Source of the DNA: Dipteris shenzhenensis
Lineage: Eukaryota
Reading direction: 5' to 3' (one strand)
Length of the DNA: 64,000 nt
Assembly: GCA_047967505.1 (NCBI GenBank)
Contig: CM106538.1
In this document: positions 12,209-23,352 of the stretch, piece by piece
Numbering within the stretch: position 1 is the stretch's first letter
Layout: the number at the start of each line of letters is the position of its first letter
Notes under the pieces: generated by a model
Databases searched by the model: none
What the model was told of the DNA's origin: nothing
What the model saw: the letters and a program-made list of their open reading frames with translations, nothing else
Translations under genes and position numbers: made by a program

Positions 12209-12778
12209 ATACCGAGTTGTTGTCCCTCAGAAAGACTCTGCAGAAAGGATTTAGAGGAAAGAACCCGGCGCATGGAAGTTGGCAATCAAAGATGGGAGGT
12301 CAACTCAAACACTAAAAAGTTCAGCCCATTGCTTTGAAGAGGCAAGAAAGAGGGGGACCTGAGGAGGTAGAGAAGAGAAGGCAGCTGGTTAGAAGGCAGT
12401 AGAGGCTAGAGCAACAGGGAGACCTGTGGGTTGGAATGCAGCAGGTTAGCAGCTAGGAGGGAGAGAGGGGCCAGCAAGGAGGGATGAGGGAGGTGTGGGG
12501 CTGGAGGTAGAGGGAAGGTCAGTAGAGAAAGGAACTAGCTAGCAGAGAGTGTTGTGGTGAGTAGGGAAGGAGTTAGCTGCAGCAAGGAGCTGTGGGAAGC
12601 AGAGAAGAGGAGTTAGCAGTAGCAAGGAGCTGTGGGTATGCAGAAGAAGGCATGTGGACAGCAGGGGAGCAGGCGGATCAATTAGTGGATGCAGGAAGAC
12701 AGTAGGACTCAGGAGAGCAAGTAGGGGAGTTAGAGGCTGCAGGGAGGCAGCATAAAAGTAGGCAGAGAAGGTTAGCAG

Positions 12779-15345
12779 TGAAGATGCAAGACATGGAATG
12801 GAATGGAAAGGAAAAGCAAGACTAGGAAAGCATAATGGAAATGAAAGTACTTACATGATCAAGAAAGGCATGAGGCTTGATGAAAATGACAATGAAAGTA
12901 CACCTTTATAGGATAGGCACATACACAAATGTATATGGGGTAAGTCCCATAGTGACACATGGCACTCTAGGATATAAAGTAGTATAGTACTACTCTAGAA
13001 CACACTAAAAGTCACTCAAATTGACTCCATTTCCTAACACCCTCCCATGGAGGAAAGGTGAGGGACTATTGGAATGGAACCAAGAATAGAACATGACAAT
13101 GATGGTCATCAAAATTGTGCATGCTGGTCTAGAACTAGACATGGCTCCCACACAATGTCAGAGGCAAGTGAGCATGGCTCAGAGGCTAGTGAGCATAACA
13201 TAGAAATCTCATCTAGCATGGCTCAGAGGCTCATCATGCATGGATGCATGATCAACTTAGAGGTCTAGGAGACCAATGCACCAACAAATAGACCTATCAA
13301 AGCCAAAAACACATGGCTCCCATAGTACATCCCCACCTGGCTCCAAAGACTAATGAAGAGCATGGAGCCACATACCAAAAATATAAAAGAAGTACATCAT
13401 TTTAGGAGGACTATCCAAGGCAGAGGACCTTTAGACTGAACACACATGATTTATTGCATTCATTTTTGGGAAACACCCCCAGGGTAGAGTACCCCAATAT
13501 ATTATGCTTTAGAAAGCAAAATCATGATCTCCGTCATTCTTTAAATGCGGGAGACAGATTGTAAGAGCATGATCGTGTGTCGGCGGGTCATCTTCGTCTG
13601 CATGATCACTAGTGGTGGATGCCACCTAACTGGCATGATCCTTCGATTGTTGTTGAGCAAGCTTTCGGTAACACCTGTCCTCCGTATGACCGAGCTTGTT
13701 GAAGTGCACTTGAATGGCTTGAATGTCTTTCCTCGTGCTGGTGGAGTCGATGGCCTAGGTCTCCATTTGCTGGTGGAGGCAAGTGCTTGTGTAGTATCCG
13801 CTGAATAGGATGGAGATTCTTTGTTGCACGATTCTTTTCAAGCAAAAGAGACACCATATCTTCGAATGTAGTCAATGCAATGCGAAGTACTTCAAGGGCA
13901 TTCTCAAATCCCTTCCATACATGTCATCAAGACAGCCATTTTGTCCTCGTTATCCGGGCAACACTTCAAATTGGAGAGTTGTTGAACTAAAGATTGAATT
14001 TTTGCTATATGCGCACTTCAGACTCTTCCATTTTTCAGAAATACCTTGGAGTTGGTGATCTTGTTACCGAATATATTCTCAAGGCGTGCCCAAATCTCCT
14101 TTGCCTTGGACTTGAAGTCGATGTGATGAATCAATGAATCATCTAGGCAAAGCTCGATGATTGTGATGGCCCTCGAATTGTGTTGGTTCCAAATCTTTCG
14201 TGTTGGAAGCTCCGTTGATGCCTCAAGTGCTTCATCATCTTTCATGGCATCCTAAACATTCTCCTTCATGATAAGGAGTTGCACTTTTGTTTGCCATGTG
14301 GGAAATCCGTCCCCCTTGAATTTGTCCACAAGGAGAGAGTTGGTGGAAAGCGAACCCATAAAGTTGGCAGCTAGGAGAGAGAAGAGTGATGGATAGAATG
14401 AGGGGCACAAGCGAGTTGAGGGAGAAATGGAGGGCTGAGGGAGAAATGGAGGGCTGAGGAAGAAATGGCGGGCAAAAGGAAAAAAAAATGACGGTCTGTA
14501 GGCGAGGAATAAATGGCGGCAGAATACGGGCATCAACTTGCGGACAGCAGCTCCAAGAGAATGTCGGACAGAAGGAGCAAATGGTGAGCTGGAGTAGAGG
14601 TCAAAGATGAAGAGGATGGACAGCTCCACGTTGAGGTGGCTGCATCATGCTTGGGCTGTCAAATCATTGAGCTCGAGAACAAAATTCGCACTTAGAAACA
14701 AATTTCGTCACTTCTTGCAGGGGCTGTAACTTTTCATAGAAAACTCAGATTGCAATGATGTCAAAACGAAATTTGTAGTACTCAAGGTCCTCTACAACTT
14801 TGCTGACGACACAAAGCCATGATTTTGCTTCTAGATCCGGATAGAAGCATCACATCGTCCATAGTTCACAAAAAGATGTAGCTGAAGGAAGGAGAAGAGA
14901 GGTGGCAGATCATGGCGTGAAGAAGAGAACTCTAGATGAAATTGGAGAAGCCATTCCTTCAAGGGGAATGAGGGAGAGAGGCTTTAATGTCCTCAATTTC
15001 TTACCTCAACCTCTTGGAAGATAGTCTAGCTCTGATACCATATGAAGATGCAAGACATGGAATGGAATGGAAAGAAAAAGCAAGCCTAGAAAAGCAAAAT
15101 GGAAATGAAATAATGCGAGAAAGAAATATACAACTAAGCAAAGTACTTACATGATCAAGAAAGGCATGAGGCTTGATGAAAATGACAATGAAAGTACAAT
15201 GCCTTTATAGGATAGAGCCACACACTCTAAGTGTCAAATGTATATGGAATAAGTCCCATAGTGACACATGGCACTCTAGGATATAAAGTAGTATAGTACT
15301 ATAGAACACACTAAAAGTCACTCAAATTGGCTCCATTTCCTAACA
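12779..15345 (-). mobile_element. Internally deleted Ty1/Copia LTR retrotransposon
   Basis: TG...CA LTRs at 12779-13039 and 15043-15345. PBS TGGTATCAGAGC is reverse-complemented at 15029-15040, and a PPT lies next to 13040. TSD AGCAG/AGTAG. A gag remnant (KFKGDGFPTWQTKV..., AKEIWARLENIF) is present, with no intact pol. Confidence 0.9.
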
Positions 15346-15968
15346 AGTAGCTGTGCAATGCAGCAGGGAGCTGGGGGAAAGGGAGAGAGAGGCCTGGAAG
15401 GGGAGTGCAAGGAAGTGAGGGGGAGCAAGGCTGTAGCTCTTGGTTTTTTTTTTGGGGGGGCTTTCTATTCATGGAGGGATTCCAAAAATTAGTGGAGGTC
15501 CAGGTTTTGAGCTCCTTGTTTTTGCCCACGTTCCCTATCTAGCACGTGCATTTCACAGATCCTCTCCATAAATCTACTCATGCTTGCATCTATTGAGTTT
15601 ACTTAAGAAAAGTGACTACTATATTATAATTATGGAATTGATGTGATTTTGTATGCCTCCTATGATAGGAACACAAAAATATATATTGGGGGAGCCACTT
15701 TTTATAGAAGAAGCTACCTTCACTGGATGACTGTTAAGCTTGCAATTTGTTGTATAAGGTTCTTGCATGTTTGAAACACTGAAAATCATAGATAGGCATT
15801 TTGTTTTTCTTTTCTTTTTGCTCATAACCTTGTAATAGTTCTTTTAGCACTCTGGTGTACAATTATACTTGGATATGTATTGTCTTTATCTATCACTCAC
15901 AAGAGCCCAATTCACCTACTGTGATTTTAAATGGATTTACTATTGACCTTTGAATTATACCTTTGTAG

Positions 15969-16034
15969 GTGAGGAACTACAGAACAGATTGGGATTTAGA
16001 AGTTAATGAGCCAGTGGCCGGTAATTACTATCCT
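15969..16034 (+). CDS. Alpha-mannosidase (GH38) internal exon, VRNYRTDWDLEVNEPVAGNYYP
   Basis: Acceptor ctttgtag| and donor |gtaagt. The exon is 66 nt, phase 0-0. The peptide contains the conserved GH38 'PVAGNYYP' motif. Confidence 0.93.
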
Positions 16035-16619
16035 GTAAGTATTAAGAAGAGTCTAAAGTTTGACATGGACATTAGTTTTTTTTCACCACATCATAAAAAA
16101 GGGGGCCCTTTTCATTCTATTTTTGGACCAATATAAAGAAAATAGTACAAGAAAAATAATGGATATCTTTGCAGAAAATATAAAGGTAACCCTATTTTTG
16201 CCAACCTATGGCAACTCAAAGTAGAAAAGGAAGACCAATCCAAAGGAAGGAAGAACTTGTGTAAAAGGGACCATATATAAAAAGCAGCAAGATGAATTTG
16301 CAGATTGTACAAACATAGAACTAAAGCAGCAACCGACTTGCAACAAACCAAATATGACCATGAGGCTGTTACAGCGCTAGCTAATGAAGGCTAGCCAGTG
16401 GCTCACCTGTGGTTCATGAGAGACCCTAGTGGGTGGAGTTAGTGGGTTAGCATGGAAATTCCTAACTGGAGTATTAGATCAGGGTGGAGGTCTAGAAGGT
16501 AATGGAACTTCTATGCTATATGGAGCAGTAGCCTAAAGCAATATATTGGCATGGGGGCTTAGTGTTGAGGACACTGATCAGTACTCACATTGGATCCTAC
16601 TAGAGGCATGGCAATGATT

Positions 16620-19600
16620 GGCAAGCTGGGTCGATGCATCCCTCATGGATGGAGCTTCCATGATGTGGGATGTGGAGGTCTATAGAGCTAGGTCCAGGCC
16701 GTGTATCTTTCCTATGACCTCCAATGATACACTATTTACTACTATCTATTCCTTTCATCGAATCACGGGCAATCACATGCGATGGCATCGTATTTTTCCT
16801 CCCAGCCTCACTTGTAGATTGCATGCACACGAAGATACGTAATTTCTTTTTTTCTTCATGCCTATCCACAAGCCCACAGTTCCCTAGATGGTTCCCTCAT
16901 GCCACATGTCATCATTTTAGACCTTTAACTTGGTACACCATTTACCCCTCTCTTGAGGCACAATTAAAACATTTGCCCCTTCGCATTCTTACACATTTAG
17001 GTGCGCCTAGGCCTGAGCACTCAGAACCACCTAGTCGATGCCAATACACCCTCACCTAGGACCTTGGCAGTTACTTCCCTTGACCATTTAATTTACGCAC
17101 ATGAAATATTACAAAAGTCGGTCATCTAAGAGAAAATGCCCACCGATCTTTCCGTGGTCATGCTATCTCGGCTAGAGCATAACATTCCTTCCCTCTTCAA
17201 GCATCAGCGTCCTCGATGATGAAATATGGGAACACTCTCCGTAACTGGTATACGGATTCCCAGGTAGCTTCTGATAGAGGTAGACCATGCCATGCAACCA
17301 ACACCGTGGGTATCTTCCGATTGCGCACTTGCATTGTTTCTCGGTCCAAGATTCCTGTTGGTTTGCGTCTTGCATTATCCTCTATCTCCTGAAACAAAAC
17401 AACACCTTCGATTAGTGAGTCACCTGTATGCAAAAATTTCTTTAAACGAGAAACATGAAACACTGGGTGCACCTTACACCCCAGTGGTAATTCTAATTTA
17501 TAGGCTACCTTGCCTATTCTCTTTAGAATTAACCATGGCCCACAATATCGAGGTGATAACTTAGCACACTCTCCTGCAGTCAAAGACTTACAGTGCGAAG
17601 GAACTCTGAGAAAAAACTTTTATCCCTACTTAAATTCTCTAGTGGATCGGTTTTCATCCGCATACGCCTTAGCTCTATCCATAGCTTGGCGGATGTTAGC
17701 TCTCGCAAGTGCTAGCATCTCCCGCATCTGAACCACAAAGTTCACGGCACTAGGCACTCATTGAGGTATTCCAACTATAGTTGGATTCGCTGGTCTATAA
17801 CCATAGTTCAGCTCAAATGGACTGAACCCTGTAGAGAAATGTTTTCTATCATTGTAGGCAAACTCTAACAATGGCAACCACTTTTCCCCTGTATGTTGCC
17901 TCAATGACACATATACTCTAAGCATATTCTCTAAAATTTGGTTGATTCTTTCCGTCTGACCATCCGTTTCTGGATTATCCCCACTACTCATTCCCAACTC
18001 AGTCCTTAGTGTCTCAAATACCGCAGTCCAAAAATGATCGGTAAATTTAACATCTCTGTCTGACACTATGGATTTGGGTGATCCATGCAGACGAAATATA
18101 TGTTTAATAAACAAATCCGCCACTTGCAGGGCACTAAGAGATTCTCTAGTTGGAATGAAGTGAGCCATCTTGGTAAGACGATCAACCACCACAAGGATAG
18201 AATCATATCCACCTTGTGTCGCAGGCAGCCCTACAATAAAGTCCATGGAAATGCTCTCCTACTTACTTAGTGGTATCTCCAAGGGCTGTAAAAGTCCGGG
18301 TGGCTTCACCCGCTCTGCCTTACTTACCTGACACGAAAAACGTGTCACATATTCATGAATATGCTTTTTCATCTTTGGCCAAAAGAAATCTCGCTTCATG
18401 AGATCATATGTCTTCTCAACTCTTGGATGTCCCGCACATGGGCTATCATGGGATTGTCGAATGACTCTCTACCTGAGATCATTCTGATTAGGTACTACTA
18501 CCTTGCCATTTCTTTTCAGCATACCATCCCTTATGGCATATCTTGCATAAGTTTGGCCTTTTCTGGATGCCAGGTCATCCTTTTCCCCGGGTTTTAACAC
18601 ATGAGCCTTAGGCCATAGGCTCTGGACGAACTCGTCCACTTTTTGAGATTCTCTAATCTCGGCCATTAAAGCACTCTCTAACACCGTGAAACTCATGTTA
18701 TGCATAATGCGTGACAACGCATCAGCACCTTTATTATCTTTCCCTCTTCGGTACCGGATCATCAGATTAAACTCTTGCATGAGTTCTGCCCACCTAGCTT
18801 GGCGGCCTCTCAAGTCAGGTTGTTTACAAAAATGTTTCAGAGTATCATGATCCACATCCACATAAAACTCTGATCCATACAAATAATGTCTCAATGTTTT
18901 CAAAGCATGGATAACAGCATACAACTCTAATTCATGAGTTGGCCAATTCCGTTGAGAGGGAGAAAGCTTCTTGCTTTCAAAGGCTACTGGCCTTTCCTCT
19001 TGGAGGAGAACTGCTCCTACCGCAATGCCACTTGCATCGATTTCAAGGAAAAACGGTTTCTGGGGATCAACTATTTTTAACACCGGTCCTGAGACCACAT
19101 CTTGTTTTATGGTGTTAAAACTTTCCTGTTGATTCTATCCCCATATAAAAGGTACTTTATCTGAGGTCAAATCAGTCAATGGCGATACTATTTCGGAATA
19201 TCCTTTGATATGCCTTCGATAAAATTGGACAAATCCCAAGAATGATCGCAAAGCGGTCAAACTCTGAGGGATTGGCCAAGTCAGTATTGCAGCCACTTTC
19301 TTTGGATCCATTTCTACCCCCTCTGGAGTAATTATGAATCCTAACTATTCAAGTCTTACCATACACAGTATAGTTTTGTTCTTATTTACATAAAGACTGG
19401 GTTTCCTCAAAGTACTGAACACTATTCTTAAGTGTTCGTGATGCTCAGTAATACTTTTACTGAATACCAGAATATCGTCAATAAAATGTACTACAAACTT
19501 TCCGATATACGGACGTAGTAAATCGTTCATAAGCATGACGAATGTAGCTGGAGCATTGGTAAGTCCAAAGGGCAAAAAACTCATAGTGACCAAACTTGCT

Positions 19601-22180
19601 TCTAAAAGTGGTTTTATGCACATCCTCGGCTCTAATACGGATCTGATGGTAGCCACACTTAAGATCTATCTTACTGAAAATTACGGCCCCATGTAATGCA
19701 TCTAGCAAATCATCGATCCGAGCCATCGGATACCTGTGCTTAATAGTGATATTATTCAGTGCTTTGTAATCTATACAGAGACAAAAAATATCATCTTTCT
19801 TCTTTTTTAATATCACTGGCGAAGCAAAAGGTGAAAAACTGGGTTGTATCTACCCCAGCTTGAGGTATTCTTCCAGTTGTCTTCGCACCTCAGCTTCTTC
19901 TGTAAAGCTTAATCTATAGGGAGGTCTATTTACAGGTTCTGCCCCCGAGATAAGCTCAATTTTATGCTGAACATTCCGCTATGAAGGTAACCCATAAGGT
20001 AACTCATCCCTAAAACAATCAGAGTACTTCTCCGATATCTCTTTAGCCAACTCGGCCATTTCCCCATCTTGGGTAGCCTCAGTGCTAGCCGATGCATCAT
20101 CAATCGACTCTACCGATGCTATACACAGACACAGAAACTCTTTCGGAGTCTTCCGAATTTCCATGGCTGAAATCAATGGTCCTCGAGGTAAATCCTTTTC
20201 ACCTTGCAAAACATATTCTACCCTGTTCATCTTAAACTGGTAAATATGCTTTTTCCAATCAATGGCTGGATTTTTCCAAAAATGCCAAGCCATGCCTAGG
20301 GCTATATCTGTGTGAGCAAGCCTGGTCAACTCAAAGTTCAGCTTCTCAACATAGTTCTGTATTCGAAGTTCCAACTGGGTAACCCTCTGGTCCCATACTT
20401 CAGTTGAACTTCTGTCCGCCATCCTGACCGTATAAGCATAGTCAGACGGACTAGTTTCCAACTTGAGCCTCTTAATAAGCTTCGAGTTAATTACATTGTG
20501 CGTTGACGCTAAGTCAAACAATACAATCACATCATGATTGGCTACTTGCCCTTTCATTTTAATCAACTCGAGCTCATCGAAAACCATATACCCCGTTGGT
20601 GCGGGCTTTGAAAGGATGTTATCGGGTGCACCGCTTACTAACTTAGTAACAGACACACTTAACAACATAGGTACTAACCTCTGAGAAGGTCCTCTGAGAA
20701 GGTCCCGCCAATTGCATCTGCATATGTTTCGCATTGGGACTCTCCTGCATTTCCGTATCGCATTCAGATATTATCATATTGGCCGTGCGACGGTCTTTGT
20801 TTAGTGGACAACCTTTTCACTGATGTCGCTGAAGGTAGCCGAAGCACTGTCCTTTTTTTCTAGCTTTTTCTTTTTGTTCAGGGGTCAACGAGGACTGTGA
20901 CCAAGCTCGGGCTGCCATTGGAGTTATTTTTCTTTTCACCCCAACGGTGGTACTTGTCTTTGCTTGTCCCTCAACCGGCTTCACCAGCTTGGTTTGGCCA
21001 CTTGGCTGCGAGACACTTGTCTTTGAACTCCATTTCCTCTGAAATCCCCCTTTTCTCGGGTACTCATGCTGAGTCCCTGCCTGCACAAACCCACTAGGTC
21101 TGCCTCTGGCATCCTCATAGTTCAGGGCTACTGCAATAGATTCATCTAATGTAGTCACATATTTAGCCCAAACTTCCATTTTAATCTTGTCGTTCAGTCC
21201 ATAAATATAGTCTTTCAACTGAACCGACATAGGGAGAGGGTCTGTTATTTTCATAACACATTCTCTGAACTTGTCAGTGTACTCTGCCATCGACAAATTC
21301 CTCTGGCGAAGGTTTTTGTAAGCATCCCAAGGTCGGGACTCTTCGTCAGGTGGAAGAAAGTGTTTCTTAAATTCAGCCTTAAACCCTTCCCAGGTGGTAT
21401 GGGCAATTTGATCTTTCTGTTGTTTTATCCACCACCTATCCGCTGCCTCAATAAACAGGTGAGTGGTCTCGTGGATTTTCTTTAGATCAGATCTGATTTC
21501 ACAAATGGTGAAGGCTTCTTCCCACTTGTGTAACCAAACCTCGATCACATCAGAACTGCGCTCGGTCATCCGATCAGCGTACTTTTTCGGTCTATAGTTA
21601 GCAATATTAGGTACCTTGACGTTCGCACGTTCCGACGAGTGTATACTGGGCTATGGCTTTGCTGGAGCTTTGCCCTTTTCATTTCTAGATGGTCTAGTCG
21701 ACAAGGCCTGCACCATCTCTCTAATTTCATTTTGACTAGCATTCACTTGAAGCTGCTGGTTCATGATCTGTTGTAAGGCATCTTCTAGTACAAAAATCCT
21801 ACCCATCAAAGTAGGTGTTGTGTGATGGGACACTTGTTGCGTAAATCGTGCTCTAGATTCACCAGGATTTACCCTGGAATCTTGTCCCTCTGCCTCCATT
21901 CTTTCAAAAGGGAAAATATAATTTTTTTTTTCACTTCGAATTTCCCTCTGCTGTACAGGAATAAATCGATTGCAAACTTGAAACTAAAATTTTATATAGA
22001 AGGGGAAAAAATGCCCCCTGGAAGCTCCACGTAATGCAGATATCCCGATTTCCTTTGATGAAGAACAAGGTGACCTTCGGAACAGCTATGGAATCAGCCC
22101 GCTCTTCTCCAGCCTGCTCTCTGTTTCGGAATCAGCCTCAGCGGACGGGCTATTTACGTGACCACATCCCAGATACCAAA
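16620..22180 (-). mobile_element. Degenerate Ty3/Gypsy chromovirus-type LTR retrotransposon
   Basis: Order on the - strand is gag (20817-21899), protease (19979-20734), RT (PFGLTNAPATF, FIDDIL), RNase H (DASGIAVGAVL), integrase (MDFIVGLP, TDGQTERINQ), then SH3/chromodomain (LVAWHGLPLSEATWE). PBS-like TGGTATC near 22172-22178. The PPT is at ~17185-17200 and the 3' LTR starts at 17184, with its far end uncertain. The 5' LTR is missing. Confidence 0.92.
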
Positions 22181-22204
22181 TTACAAGTATGCGGCTGTAC
22201 GTGA

Positions 22205-23352
22205 TCCTGCCTTGAAGAGCATCTCTGCCACCACACCAAACCTCTTGCCAATAACTAAAAGAAGCCAGTGATAAACTGAGGGAAGACCAGGGAACCTGAT
22301 GAAAACAGAAACTCCCTGCTTGTCCTCTTCAACTGGGTCAAATCCCAGTTGAAAAGGAAACAAAAAGATCCTCCTGTAGCCTAGAAGTAGAAACCCGGCC
22401 TGTAGCAGGTCTCTCGTGACATGCGGGGAATCTAGGCACACCTGAAAGAAACCCCGTCCCAACAAACGAACATCCTTGAGGTGGGGGGCGAGGTCCTGAG
22501 GAAGCGTCGACAACATCCAATCTCTAGCTTGTGACTTGGAGGGGTGTGAGCCATGAATGCGTGCGAAGAGAGTCGTGGAACACTCATGTTCGAAATCCTT
22601 TTGCAACTGCTGTAGCTCGTCTTTTGAAAAAGTGACAGTTCTCGCGGCCGGTGTGAGCGGAGACGGATTGACTGAATGGGAACCCATTCGTCAATCGAGG
22701 TGTGTAGGCCGATTCAAACACAAAATAAAAACTCCGTCTGCTTTCCTGAATCCCAGGAGACCCCTATAGGAGAATAGGGGTAATCCAGATGAAGGAGAGG
22801 GTGAAGAAGAAGGGAGAGAGAAGAAAAAAAACCAGGGGGAGACAGCGGGGAGGAGGGAAGAGGAGGGGAGGATAGGGGAGAGGAGTGGAGGATAGGGGGA
22901 GAAGAGGAGTAGAGGAGAGGGGAAGGAGAAGGGAGGAAAAGCAGCAGCACGCTGCAGCGGGGGGAAAGCAGCAGCAGGAGCGGGGGGGGAGCAGCAGGCT
23001 GCAGTGGGGGGGGGAGCAGCAGCAGGGGCGGGGGGGGGAGGAGGCTGCAGCGCAGGGGGGGGACGCTGCAGCGCGGGGGAAGGGGCAGTGCGGGGGAGAG
23101 GGCAGGTAGGAGGGGGCAGCGAGGAGGGAAGGGAGGGGGCAGGCAGGAGGGAGCAGGAGGAGCAGCAGGGAGCGGGGAGAGAGGCAGCAGGGAGCGGGGA
23201 GAGGAGCAGCAGCAGGAGGGAAGGGAGGGGGCAGCGAAGGGGAGCGGGAGGAGCAGCAGGGAGCGGGGGAGCAGCAGTGAGCGGGGAGAGCAGCAGGGAC
23301 CGAGGAGAGCAGCGGTGAGGAGGGGAACTGGAGGAGCGGGGAGCAGCAGCAG
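22205..23352 (-). mobile_element. LINE family A 5' portion (C-rich leader plus ORF1 N-terminus), 3' part lost
   Basis: ORF 22181-22687 (TFSKDELQQL..GSHPSKSQARDWML) matches ORF1 at 35014. The leader resembles 34300-34980. Confidence 0.9.

Larger units (their letters stand above)
10838..15440 (-). mobile_element. ORF1-only retroelement, copy 3 (near full length; leader interrupted by Copia)
   Basis: T-run at 10838-10843, a short 3' UTR and an L1-type ORF1 are present, with no ORF2. The low-complexity leader at 12360-12778 continues at 15351-15440. Confidence 0.8.
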
